IMG/VR virus record: IMGVR_UViG_3300020411_004289
Span: 1-64,000 of that record
Source of the DNA: a virus
DNA length: 64,000 nt
Strand: one strand, 5' to 3'
Under the pieces are notes generated by a model. That model was not told the DNA's origin and did not search any database. It worked only from the letters and a program-made list of their open reading frames with translations. This document shows, piece after piece, positions 29,384 to 39,045 of this stretch. Numbering within the stretch: the first letter of the stretch is position 1; every line of letters begins with the position of its first letter. A program made the translations under genes and the position numbers.

Positions 29384-30285
29384 AATCCGTTGTAACAGGT
29401 GGTTGCGGCTTCATAGGAAGTCATATCGTAGATGCGCTGCATGATCTAGGGCACACAGTAGAAGTCATTGATGATCTGTCTGCTCCTGAAAATGAAAAAT
29501 TTTATTTTCATAATAATGATAAAAAAGTAACATATCACCAGCTAGATATCAGCAAAGATGACTGTGAAAATATTTTTGAAAATGTAGACTTTGTATTTCA
29601 TTTAGCAGCCCGAAGTAGAATTCAACCAACAATAGGAAGCCCGGGCGAATGTTTCGAGGTAAATGTGGTTGGCACGCAGAGGGTCTTAGAGTGGTCTAGA
29701 ATGCATTCTGCAAAGAGACTAATATATTCAGGTACGTCATCACTATATGGTCACCAGAATGTAATTCCGTTTCAGCCAAATATGCCCACTGATTGCTTAA
29801 ACCCATATTCGATGTCAAAATGGATGGGCGAGCAAATTTGTAAATTATACAGCCAGATGTATACTATGCCAAGTATTGTTTTGCGATATTTTAATGTCTA
29901 CGGCCCACGAGAGCCCGTTAAAGGACACTACGCTCCGGTTATCGGTCTATTCAAGAGGCAAGTAAAAGAAGAAAAACCTATGACAATAGTAGGGGATGGA
30001 AATCAAAAGAGAGACTTCACATACATCGATGATGTGGTTCAGTCAAATATTTGCGCAATGAACTTGCCAGAAAATTTTTCAAAATTTGAAATCTATAATG
30101 TGGGAACAGGTAAAAATTATAGCATAAATGAAGTAGCTAATCTGGTGAGTAGCGACGCAGAAAGAATTAATATTTCATCCCGTCCGGCCGAAGTAAGAGA
30201 AACTTTAGCAGACATACAAAAAACTTCAAATGACTTAGGGTGGAGCCCTAAATTCAGCTTAGAAGAAAAAATACTTTCATACTAA
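29380..30285 (+). CDS. NAD-dependent nucleotide-sugar epimerase/dehydratase
   Basis: VTGGCGFIGSH, YSMSK (YxxxK), LRYFNVYGP, RDFTYIDD. Confidence 0.92.
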   Translation: MKSVVTGGCGFIGSHIVDALHDLGHTVEVIDDLSAPENEKFYFHNNDKKVTYHQLDISKDDCENIFENVDFVFHLAARSRIQPTIGSPGECFEVNVVGTQRVLEWSRMHSAKRLIYSGTSSLYGHQNVIPFQPNMPTDCLNPYSMSKWMGEQICKLYSQMYTMPSIVLRYFNVYGPREPVKGHYAPVIGLFKRQVKEEKPMTIVGDGNQKRDFTYIDDVVQSNICAMNLPENFSKFEIYNVGTGKNYSINEVANLVSSDAERINISSRPAEVRETLADIQKTSNDLGWSPKFSLEEKILSY

Positions 30286-30297
30286 AGAGGAAAAAAG

Positions 30298-31236
30298 ATG
30301 AGCAAATTATTAGTAACAGGAGGTTTAGGATTTATCGGTTCAAACTTAGTAAAAAAGCTAAGTGAGATGGAATTAGATGTCGTAGTTGTTGACAACAGAT
30401 CGTCGAGCAGAGAAGATGCAAATGAAGTAGAAATGTCTTTGCCTGAAGTTGAGTTTATTAATGCATGCTACACAGATGAAAGCCTGATTAGAAGAATTAA
30501 AGAAAAAGAATTTGACACAGTTTTTCATGTTGCTGCTATCCCTAGAGTTAGTTACTCTGTTGAGAACCCAACAGTAACGACTGACAATAACGTCGCAAAG
30601 ACGGTAAAATTAATGGAGGCATGTGCCGGAAATATTAGAAGATTTGTCTTTTCTTCTTCCTCTTCTGTTTACGGAGGTGCTGATATTTTACCAACTCCAA
30701 ACAGTCATTCAAAAAGTCCAAAATCTCCATACGCATGGCAAAAAAGCTGTATTGAGGATTTAATAGAAGTGTTTTGTAATCTTTATGAATTTGATGCTGT
30801 AAGCTTGAGATACTTTAATGTCTTTGGTCCAGGCCAATTTGGAGGATCTGCGTATGCAACTGCAATTTCTGCATGGTGTCATGCGATAAAGACCGGAGGG
30901 GTACTGAGAAAAGACGGCACCGGAGAGCAGTCTAGAGACATGTGCTACGTCGATAATGTTGTTAATGCAAATATTCTTGCAATGAATTCTAAGAAACAAT
31001 TCTTAGGGCAAAAATTTAATGTTGCTTGCGGAGACAGAACATCCAATAATCAAATACTAGACGCACTAACAGAAAGGTTTGGAAAGTTAAGCATTAACAA
31101 TGTGCCCTTCAGGAAGGGAGACGTAATGCATACTCAGGCTGATATAAGTCAAACTACTGCTGAGCTAGGTTATACACCGTCTGTTAGATTTTGGGAAGGA
31201 TTTAAAAAGACATTAGAATGGTGGGATCTGGCCTAA
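30298..31236 (+). CDS. NAD-dependent nucleotide-sugar epimerase/dehydratase, second paralogue
   Basis: VTGGLGFIGS, SSSSVYG, PYAWQK, LRYFNVFGP. Confidence 0.92.
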   Translation: MSKLLVTGGLGFIGSNLVKKLSEMELDVVVVDNRSSSREDANEVEMSLPEVEFINACYTDESLIRRIKEKEFDTVFHVAAIPRVSYSVENPTVTTDNNVAKTVKLMEACAGNIRRFVFSSSSSVYGGADILPTPNSHSKSPKSPYAWQKSCIEDLIEVFCNLYEFDAVSLRYFNVFGPGQFGGSAYATAISAWCHAIKTGGVLRKDGTGEQSRDMCYVDNVVNANILAMNSKKQFLGQKFNVACGDRTSNNQILDALTERFGKLSINNVPFRKGDVMHTQADISQTTAELGYTPSVRFWEGFKKTLEWWDLA

Positions 31237-31237
31237 C

Positions 31238-31675
31238 ATGTCGAATAAAAAATTCAATACCGGGATAATATGTGGCTCATTTGATGTATTGCATCCTGGT
31301 TATACTCGTATGTTTGAAGACGCAAAAACAGTTTGCAAAACTTTAATTGTCGCCTTACAAGGAGATCCGACGATTGATCGACCAAAAAAATGCAAACCTG
31401 TACAGTCACTTTCAGATCGTATTGAGATTCTAGGAGCGCTAAAACATGTTGATCATATTGTCACTTATAACACAGAAGCTGAGCTAGAAAAACTCCTGGG
31501 CGAAGTACAGTATGATGTGAGAATCTTAGGGACAGATTATCAGAATAGAAAAGACTATACAGGGTTCAAGTACGGAAAGCCAGTATATTTTCACAAGAGA
31601 GATCATGATTACTCTACAACTAAACTTAAAGACTTGATATACAGAGAAAGAAGTCGCACCCTTGAAAACAATTGA
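31238..31675 (+). CDS. TagD-like cytidylyltransferase
   Basis: GSFDVLHPGY, PVQSLSDR, LGTDY, RDHDYSTT. Confidence 0.8.
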   Translation: MSNKKFNTGIICGSFDVLHPGYTRMFEDAKTVCKTLIVALQGDPTIDRPKKCKPVQSLSDRIEILGALKHVDHIVTYNTEAELEKLLGEVQYDVRILGTDYQNRKDYTGFKYGKPVYFHKRDHDYSTTKLKDLIYRERSRTLENN

Positions 31676-31705
31676 AGACTTAACTAGAAACATCTATATT
31701 TTAAT

Positions 31706-32530
31706 ATGAATAATTTTCCGACAAATAAACCACATGTATCATATTCAGAAGTAAGGTGCTGGAAAGAATGCCCATATCGACACAAACTTCTGCATATTGA
31801 CAAAATAGACGTTTTTAAACCTTCTCCGTATTTAGACTTTGGGACACAAGTACACGAAGGTTGTGAAAGCTATTTGAACACCAGAACAATTCCAAAGCAA
31901 AAACTTTTAGAGAATATTAGGGCTGCATGGGAGAAAAATGGCTTTGATGATCCCGAATGGGTAAAGCAACAGCCCGGGTGGTACAAATATCATCCAGTTG
32001 AGGAGTGGTGTACATGGGCTTCGAATATGTGGGATGATGTTCCTAAATTCTTAGATGAAACTTTTCCTAATTGGGAGCCAGTCTCTGCAGAGGAAGAGCT
32101 TTACGAGGATATCGAAAACAAAGATATAAAATTTAAGGGTTTTATTGATGTAATCATAAAAACTCCTCGAAAAAATGGTACTTGGAAGTATTGGATTCTC
32201 GACTGGAAAACTGCAAAGTCATATGGTTGGGATAGAAGAAAAAAGCAAGATTTTCTAACACAAGCACAAATTGTACTTTACAAGCATTTTTGGGCAACTA
32301 AAAACAATATACCTTTAAAGGATGTAAGTTGTGGCTTTATCCTTTTAAAGCGAGGCGGCAAGCCAGGAAATATGTGCGACTTTTTTCAAATATCATCAGG
32401 CCCAAAAGCAATTGAGAAGGCCAGAAAAATGGTCAAAAATATGATAGGCACTGTACAAAGAAAGTTTTTTATGAAAAACAGGGATTCTTGCACATTTTGT
32501 GACTTTAAAAATACGCCTCACTGTACATAA
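31706..32530 (+). CDS. PD-(D/E)XK nuclease, Cas4/AddB-like with a probable Fe-S cluster
   Basis: SYS...CPY, FGTQVH, GFIDV, LDWKT, Q...Y, and C-terminal CTFCDF...C. Confidence 0.85.
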   Translation: MNNFPTNKPHVSYSEVRCWKECPYRHKLLHIDKIDVFKPSPYLDFGTQVHEGCESYLNTRTIPKQKLLENIRAAWEKNGFDDPEWVKQQPGWYKYHPVEEWCTWASNMWDDVPKFLDETFPNWEPVSAEEELYEDIENKDIKFKGFIDVIIKTPRKNGTWKYWILDWKTAKSYGWDRRKKQDFLTQAQIVLYKHFWATKNNIPLKDVSCGFILLKRGGKPGNMCDFFQISSGPKAIEKARKMVKNMIGTVQRKFFMKNRDSCTFCDFKNTPHCT

Positions 32531-32566
32531 TTTACTGGGCCTAAAACAAGAGTAGGATTATCTTAT

Positions 32567-33826
32567 ATGAATGAAAAGCTAAAAATATTAATATTGTCTG
32601 ATCACGCGCTTTCCACTTCGGGCGTGGGTTGCCAGACTCGATTTTTGGTTAACGGTCTAGTAGAAAAAGGCTGTTGGACTGTTAGGCAATTTGGTGCCGC
32701 AATCAAGCATGCCAATTATGATACTGTTGTTGTTAATGACGATTTCATCATCAAGCCGATCGATGGTTTCGGTAATAGAGATATGATTTTACAAACATTA
32801 GCAATGGAAAAACCTGACGTAATTCTTCTTTTTACAGACCCTAGATTCTTTATCTGGCTATGGGAAATGGAAGATGAGATTCATGATGTATGCCCAATAG
32901 CATACTGGCATGTCTGGGACAACAACCCACCGCCGGAATTTAATAAAGTGTTATATGAGTCAACTGATCTAATCAATTGTCACTCATATTTGACTTATGA
33001 AATTGTTTCAAAAATGTTCCCGAAGAAAACCAACTTTATTCCTCATTCTTTACCTGAAGATATCTTCTATCCACTTCCAAAAAATGAAATAAAGACGCAT
33101 AGAGTCAATCTAATAGGCTCGGAGCGAAAAGATCATTTTGTTGCATTTTGGGTTAATAGAAATGCTAGAAGAAAGAGGCCCAATGATGTTTTGTGGGGAT
33201 GGGCTGAGTTTGTTAAAAATGTAAAAGAAAAGCACGGAAAGTCTGATGTAACTCTTTTAATGCACACTGACCCACAAGATCAGGAAGGTCCAAACCTTTT
33301 AGCGACATGTGATCATTTAGGAATCAGTGACAGCGTAGTATTCTCAAATCAAAGAGTAGACTTTGATCAAATGAATATACTGCACAATATATCAGATGTT
33401 TGTGTAAACATTGCCTATGCCGAAGGATTTGGCTTGGCAACGTTAGAGGCTATGCAAACAGGAAATCCAATTATTGCGCTCAAGACAGGCGGTCTAACTA
33501 GACAGGTTGTTGATCATAGAGACGGCTCAGAAAATGGAATTGCACTTGATGTGTCCTATAGATCTTTAGTAGGTTCACAAAATGTGCCTTACATTTACGA
33601 AGACTATTGTTCACATACAGACACTGCTGATGCATTAATGAAGATGTACGAGATGTCTAGTGAAGAAAGAGAATCGCTAGGGCAAAAAGCTAGAAATTAT
33701 GTACTCTCTGAATTTTCTCATCAAGGGACTATTGATGCTTGGCACGAGACTTTGTTTAACTTGGTTAAAAACTGGAAAGAGAGCAAAACACCCCAGTGGA
33801 CAATTGAAGAGGTGAATACAAAATGA
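32567..33826 (+). CDS. Glycosyltransferase family 4
   Basis: VNRNARRKR, EGFGLATLEAMQTGNPII. Confidence 0.9.
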   Translation: MNEKLKILILSDHALSTSGVGCQTRFLVNGLVEKGCWTVRQFGAAIKHANYDTVVVNDDFIIKPIDGFGNRDMILQTLAMEKPDVILLFTDPRFFIWLWEMEDEIHDVCPIAYWHVWDNNPPPEFNKVLYESTDLINCHSYLTYEIVSKMFPKKTNFIPHSLPEDIFYPLPKNEIKTHRVNLIGSERKDHFVAFWVNRNARRKRPNDVLWGWAEFVKNVKEKHGKSDVTLLMHTDPQDQEGPNLLATCDHLGISDSVVFSNQRVDFDQMNILHNISDVCVNIAYAEGFGLATLEAMQTGNPIIALKTGGLTRQVVDHRDGSENGIALDVSYRSLVGSQNVPYIYEDYCSHTDTADALMKMYEMSSEERESLGQKARNYVLSEFSHQGTIDAWHETLFNLVKNWKESKTPQWTIEEVNTK

Positions 33827-34986
33827 AAAAAGTCGTAATAAGAGCACCGCTTTTAACAAAATCCGGATACGGAGTACACTCCCGTCAGCTATTTCAATAT
33901 CTAGTAGGAAAACCAAACATAGAACTAAAAACTCAGATAGTGCCGTGGGGAATAACACCATGGTATACTAATTTTGATAGTTGCAATGGTTTGATCGGCG
34001 AGGCAATAAAGAGATCGAATACGACACCCGAAGAAAAATTCGACGTATCCTTTCAAGTACAGCTTCCAAATGAGTGGGATGCAGGCGTCGCATCTTACAA
34101 CGTAGGCGTCACGGCCGGAGTCGAAACTGATAAGTGCAACCCGACATGGGGGTCTGTTCACTGTAACAAGATGGATAAAATCATAGTTCCCTCAGCGCAT
34201 ACTGAAAAAAGCTTTAAAAACAGCGCTGTGATTCAAACTCCAATGCATGTAGTGCCAGAGGCATATTTTGAAAACTTGATAAACACACCTGAACATCTAG
34301 ATCTAGATATCAGCACTAATTTTAATTTTTTGACTGTAGGTGTACTAACCGGTTTTACACCAGACACAGATAGAAAGAATTTATTTTACTTGATCAAGTG
34401 GTTTGTTGAAGAGTTTAGAAATGACCCTGATGTTGGACTTATTGTTAAGACAAATAGTGGTAGAGACACAGCTATTGACAAGTCTGCTACACGTCAAATG
34501 CTAAATAAAATTTTAAAAGAAGTTGGACACGAAGGAACACCTAAAGTGCATCTTCTGCATGGGTCAATGACCCGTGATGAAATGAACGCATTGTACAAGA
34601 ATTCAAAGGTAAAAGCACTAATATCAGCAACTAGAGGAGAAGGGTTTGGTCTGCCGCTTCTAGAAGCTTCAGTTGCAGGATTGCCTGTCTTGGCGACCAA
34701 TTGGTCAGCCCATACAGAGTTTCTTAATATGGGAAGATGGGTAAAGTTTGATTATGATCTAATGCCAATTAGCGAGCAAAGATGTGATAACAATATTTTT
34801 ATGCCAGGTGCTAATTGGGCGTATGCTCGAGAAGAATCATTTAAAAAATCGTTAAGAAAATTTTATAAGAACTCAGAGATTCCAACACGATGGGCAGCAG
34901 ATCTATCAGAAAAATTAAAAGATACACATTCAATATCTTCTATCATAAAATGCTATGATAAAGTTCTGAAAGAGGTTCTGGGTTGA
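33823..34986 (+). CDS. Glycosyltransferase family 4
   Basis: SGYGVHSR, DRKN, TRGEGFGLPLLEASVAGLPVLATNWS. Confidence 0.9.
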   Translation: MKKVVIRAPLLTKSGYGVHSRQLFQYLVGKPNIELKTQIVPWGITPWYTNFDSCNGLIGEAIKRSNTTPEEKFDVSFQVQLPNEWDAGVASYNVGVTAGVETDKCNPTWGSVHCNKMDKIIVPSAHTEKSFKNSAVIQTPMHVVPEAYFENLINTPEHLDLDISTNFNFLTVGVLTGFTPDTDRKNLFYLIKWFVEEFRNDPDVGLIVKTNSGRDTAIDKSATRQMLNKILKEVGHEGTPKVHLLHGSMTRDEMNALYKNSKVKALISATRGEGFGLPLLEASVAGLPVLATNWSAHTEFLNMGRWVKFDYDLMPISEQRCDNNIFMPGANWAYAREESFKKSLRKFYKNSEIPTRWAADLSEKLKDTHSISSIIKCYDKVLKEVLG

Positions 34987-35291
34987 TATATCTTGTTGTA
35001 TTTTTAAGCATTCTAAGCATCGTTGCAATTTTTTATTGTGTACGATTCGGTCTGTTAATATTAAAAATACAAGATTCTTTAGAGGAGGCTCTAGATGTTA
35101 TTGATGAAAAGTACTCGTCAATAACTGAGATCTGTGAGCGGCCCCTTTTTTTTGATAGCCCTGAAGTTAGAAAAGTTTTAGAAGACATAAAGGGTACTAG
35201 AAAAGCTTTGCATGAAATAGCTTTCTCTCTTTCTAAGGATTTTGAGCTACTTGACGATGAAGAACAAGAAGGGGAAGAAGCAGTTCAATGA
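34983..35291 (+). CDS. Small membrane-anchored hypothetical protein
   Basis: Hydrophobic N-terminal ~27 aa followed by a helical acidic tail; overlaps both neighbours. Confidence 0.6.
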   Translation: MIYLVVFLSILSIVAIFYCVRFGLLILKIQDSLEEALDVIDEKYSSITEICERPLFFDSPEVRKVLEDIKGTRKALHEIAFSLSKDFELLDDEEQEGEEAVQ

Positions 35292-36019
35292 AAGGCCGAA
35301 AAAAGATAAGAAGAAATCCGGGCAAGCCGCGCAACATGTACTTTACAATGGACACACAGGCAGCAATTGTAAAGTATCAAGAGACTGAAAAGCAAGAAGA
35401 TAAATTAAAAATATACGAAAAAGAAATATTACCAGCTTTCTCTAAGCTTTCAGAAAATTTAATTTTTGTCTATAAGTTTAATTCACCTTACTCACTTTTT
35501 GAAGAGTTAAAAGCAGATTGTGTTTCTTTTTTGTACGAATCAATTCATAAATGGGATGAAGCTAGGGGAACCAAGGCATTTTCATACTTTAATGTTGTGG
35601 CAAAAAACTGGTTGATTATTAATTGTCGACAGCATAAAAAAAGAAATAGTCGACACGTGAGTATTGACAATCCGTATGGAATGTCTGCTCAGCAAAAAGC
35701 AGCTTATGAAAACTATGATGTTGTTCCGCCTCCTGATGAAACTCTAATAAAGAAAGCCCAGCGGGATCAAATACTAAAGCTTCTAGAAGATATGCGACCA
35801 AAATTAACAAACGAAAATGAGTTAATTTGTCTTCAGTCTATAGAGACACTTTTCGCAAACATAGATGACTTAGAGCTGCTAAACAAAAGAGCTGTACTAA
35901 TATACATCAGAGAGATATCCGGACTAGACAAAAAAATTATGACAAAGTCTTTATCCGTCATCAGGCGGCACTATCGAGAAATGTCCGGCAAAGAAGATAA
36001 TTACGATATATTTTTTTAG
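35288..36019 (+). CDS. Phage RNA polymerase sigma factor, T4 gp55-like (probable late sigma)
   Basis: N-terminal MYFT; region-2-like EELKADCVSFLYESIHKWDEARGTKAFSYFNVVAKNWLI. Confidence 0.65.
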   Translation: MKGRKKIRRNPGKPRNMYFTMDTQAAIVKYQETEKQEDKLKIYEKEILPAFSKLSENLIFVYKFNSPYSLFEELKADCVSFLYESIHKWDEARGTKAFSYFNVVAKNWLIINCRQHKKRNSRHVSIDNPYGMSAQQKAAYENYDVVPPPDETLIKKAQRDQILKLLEDMRPKLTNENELICLQSIETLFANIDDLELLNKRAVLIYIREISGLDKKIMTKSLSVIRRHYREMSGKEDNYDIFF

Positions 36020-36027
36020 GCAAGAGT

Positions 36028-36393
36028 ATGAAAAAGTTAGACAGTTTACTTGACAAAAATAGAAAGCTTGAAGATAAAGTCAAGGCATTCAACGAGCTAT
36101 TAGATGGGTTGTCATCGACTGAGGATAAAAAGAAAGCACTGTGGAGAGAAATTTATGAAAACGCAGTGTCCGATAGAGAACGCGCCTCAATTTTATTCAC
36201 AGAAGCATTCAAAGCAATGTCAGGATCACCGACAGATCACACAACAATGGGAACTGTTATGACCAAGTACTTGGAGCGAATGTGTAAGTCAAACGATCAG
36301 ATTCTTCAGCTTTCTGACTTAATTTCGAAAGCCGAGAAAGAAGAGTCACAAGTAAATCCGGACGACATATTTTCAAAAATATCTGAGGGTTAA
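36028..36393 (+). CDS. Hypothetical helical phage protein
   Basis: 121-aa ORF tightly packed between sigma and spike genes. Confidence 0.6.
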   Translation: MKKLDSLLDKNRKLEDKVKAFNELLDGLSSTEDKKKALWREIYENAVSDRERASILFTEAFKAMSGSPTDHTTMGTVMTKYLERMCKSNDQILQLSDLISKAEKEESQVNPDDIFSKISEG

Positions 36394-38208
36394 ATGGTCG
36401 ACAATATCAGAAAAATTTCAGGGGGTGTCTCTAATGACGTAGGCGCTGAAATAACACAGGTCGCCACTACAACTGGAATCTCAATTTTTCAAAGAGCAGT
36501 TGTCTATGAAGTTTTAGACAATTTAACTTTGCGAGACTATACTGATGAAGAATTTTTAGATTCTGCTGAAATTAATTTAACGAACCCAGAAGACTTGCCA
36601 ATAGCACCTAGAAACTCTATAATAGTACAATATGTTTCATCTGGCAAGGGTAGAGCAGATTTATCGCAAACTGTTTGCTTTCCGTTTTTTTCTTCACACT
36701 TGTCTCTTCCTCTTAAGGTTGGAGAACAAGTATGGATAATGGTCGAAACGCCTGATCAGCCCGGCGCTAGAGGTTACTGGTTATCCAGGATTCATGAGCC
36801 TGTTTTTGTAGAAGACGTCAACTATACGCACGGCGACAGAAGATACGATCCTTTGACAAAAGATTCAAATAAGTCAATTGATGCAGATGACAATGAAGTA
36901 GACCTTACAACTTTTCCAACATTTCACAATGGAAAAGATAAGACGATGTTCGACCCGGACCAATTTACAATAGCGGGCTCCGACACTTATGAAGCCGTTT
37001 TTACAGGAAGCCTTGAGGCTAATTCATTTGTCATTGAACCGGTTCCTAGGCTGACGAAAAGACCAGGTGACTTGGTAATTCAAGGATCACATAACTCTGC
37101 AATTATCCTAGGAACAGATAGAGGATATAAGGCAGGAGACAAACTTGAAAGAGAAAAATCTAATGCTGAAATACCAGAACCGTTAACTCCCGGAAAAGGT
37201 GCAATTGATATTGTTGTAGGTCGAGGCAGAATATTTGCTGAGTCTGTTGACAAATTAGACGGTGGTGAAGAAAGAGAAATTGAGCCAACTAGAACAGAAC
37301 CTAGAGTAATTAAAAACGAGCCTGGGCTCCCGGCTCCTGAAGAAGGCGGAGAGCCACCGGAAGGAAGAGGGGAATTCTACGAAGTAGACAAAAATATATC
37401 TGTCGCAAAAAAAGACAAAAGTAATAATCGGACAGACGGGAGTGAAGGCGACCCGGATTTTGTCAATGACGCTGCTAGAATTTACCTAACGATGAATTCA
37501 AATCCGGACGAAGAGTTTAATATAATTCCGGACAACATACCCCAGCCTTTTGCATCCGAGCCGGCTGCAATTGAGGCCGCAGCTGCTACTGTCGTTAAAG
37601 CTGATGAAATAAGAATAATTGCTAGAAAGACCGGCTTAGACAGTCAAAAATCAGATGAAATGTCAGGTGACAACGAAGACAAAAAAGAAACCAATGGCAG
37701 TATTAGGATTATCAAAGAAGGTGTTCGTGATGATGATTCAGCATCAATCTATATTTTACCTGATGGAACAATTCAAATAAGCGGAAAAGTAGTTTATATT
37801 GGAAGGACATCTGACGACGGAGGCAAAGAAGACGGTTCTGGAGAAAAAGGCTCTGAGCCTTATTTGAGAATGTCTGATTTTGAAAAATGGGCAGATGGAT
37901 TAATTGATGCAATTAATACAGCTTTTGAAACAGCAGAAGCCGGGATTAATGCTAATGGAGATGCAATAAATACAATGGCTTCAGCAGGCTCAGGCCCAGG
38001 TGTAGCTGTCGGAGGAGCAACACCAGGATTTGGCGCGCCCAATTCTGCATTAGGTGGTGCTGTCGCAGGTGCCTTTGCCGGAGGAATTGCCCCGGCTGGA
38101 ATGTCGGGAATGCATATGCACGCACCTGACAAATCTGCAATTGAAGAGTTCAAAAGTACAAAAGATGCGATGGAAGCTATAAAGTCAGAAAGGATATTTG
38201 GAGAATAG
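36394..38208 (+). CDS. Baseplate central spike/hub protein (gp5/gpV-like)
   Basis: OB-fold-like CFPF...LPLKVGEQVW...YW, PGDLVIQG...IILG, C-terminal HMH; directly upstream of gp25/gp6-like genes. Confidence 0.65.
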   Translation: MVDNIRKISGGVSNDVGAEITQVATTTGISIFQRAVVYEVLDNLTLRDYTDEEFLDSAEINLTNPEDLPIAPRNSIIVQYVSSGKGRADLSQTVCFPFFSSHLSLPLKVGEQVWIMVETPDQPGARGYWLSRIHEPVFVEDVNYTHGDRRYDPLTKDSNKSIDADDNEVDLTTFPTFHNGKDKTMFDPDQFTIAGSDTYEAVFTGSLEANSFVIEPVPRLTKRPGDLVIQGSHNSAIILGTDRGYKAGDKLEREKSNAEIPEPLTPGKGAIDIVVGRGRIFAESVDKLDGGEEREIEPTRTEPRVIKNEPGLPAPEEGGEPPEGRGEFYEVDKNISVAKKDKSNNRTDGSEGDPDFVNDAARIYLTMNSNPDEEFNIIPDNIPQPFASEPAAIEAAAATVVKADEIRIIARKTGLDSQKSDEMSGDNEDKKETNGSIRIIKEGVRDDDSASIYILPDGTIQISGKVVYIGRTSDDGGKEDGSGEKGSEPYLRMSDFEKWADGLIDAINTAFETAEAGINANGDAINTMASAGSGPGVAVGGATPGFGAPNSALGGAVAGAFAGGIAPAGMSGMHMHAPDKSAIEEFKSTKDAMEAIKSERIFGE

Positions 38209-38209
38209 A

Positions 38210-38470
38210 ATGTCAGTAGGAATAGGAAATCAGAATGAAAAGTTTGAAATTGATAAGTCAAAACTAGCACCTTTAGCTGCAACCCTTTCCACAGAAATAG
38301 TAAATGCTTTTGAAAAATCCAAGTCAGGAGGAGAATGCGGTCAGAAAGTTGCAGTCGCAATTCAAAAGTATCTTGATGGGACAATTGCTTTGATTGAGAC
38401 ATCTGTAGAGTCACAAGGATTCCAAAAAGCCATGCCTCCAGGTTCATCCGGCGGTGTTGGTGGCATCTAA
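38210..38470 (+). CDS. Small baseplate-region protein
   Basis: ATG 1 nt after the upstream stop; Gly-rich C-terminus. Confidence 0.5.
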   Translation: MSVGIGNQNEKFEIDKSKLAPLAATLSTEIVNAFEKSKSGGECGQKVAVAIQKYLDGTIALIETSVESQGFQKAMPPGSSGGVGGI

Positions 38471-38505
38471 TTAAATGTGAAACGTCAACACCTGACATGA
38501 CTACA

Positions 38506-38512
38506 ATAGTTA
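38506..38512 (+). promoter_or_regulatory. Candidate late promoter motif ATAGTTA
   Basis: Upstream of the AAGGAG RBS of the gp25-like gene. Confidence 0.5.
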
Positions 38513-38534
38513 GTTAACAAAGGAGTGTTGGCTA

Positions 38535-39044
38535 GTGGCAGATCAAACCCAAAATTCAAATAGAAAAAAGTACGATTTTTCGTCTGTTGGACAGACAATT
38601 GTTTCTAGCAAAAACTCTTTCATTGAAGATGAGTCTGCTCTAACCCCAGTAGGCATTCTTACACCTCTTCGTCTAGGAAACGGCAGCGACGGCCTATTTA
38701 AAATGAGCAAAGATATTATCACGCAAGTTCGGGATAATTTTAGAAACATGCTTGCTACTAACTGGGGCGATCGCTTAATGCTACATGATTTTGGCGCAAA
38801 TCTATCTGAACTAGCTTTTGAGCTAGGAACAGAGGTCGCTGATCTTGAAGCTGTAATGAGAATTAAAGCAACTACAGAAAAATATATGCCGTTCGTTACG
38901 CCAATCACATTCGAGTCTTTTAATGAGCCTTCGCCATATGCCGGAGGTGGTCTGGCATTAATAGGTGTCCGAGTGACTTATACAATTGACAGGGTAGGCG
39001 CTGAAGAATACGCAGATGAAGTAGTAATCTACACGGCAGGATAA
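38535..39044 (+). CDS. Baseplate wedge / sheath-initiator protein, GPW/gp25 family
   Basis: QVRDNFRNMLATNWGDRLMLHDFGANLSELAFE...KYMPFV. Confidence 0.85.
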   Translation: MADQTQNSNRKKYDFSSVGQTIVSSKNSFIEDESALTPVGILTPLRLGNGSDGLFKMSKDIITQVRDNFRNMLATNWGDRLMLHDFGANLSELAFELGTEVADLEAVMRIKATTEKYMPFVTPITFESFNEPSPYAGGGLALIGVRVTYTIDRVGAEEYADEVVIYTAG

Positions 39045-39045
39045 A

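Noticed and set aside
31706-32530. CRISPR-Cas system
   Set aside because: Only a solo Cas4-like nuclease; no repeat-spacer array or other cas genes were seen.
9558-34986. Bacterial capsule/LPS locus on a host chromosome
   Set aside because: No export, polymerase or initiating transferase genes and no housekeeping genes. The island is continuous and co-oriented with phage structural genes on both sides.
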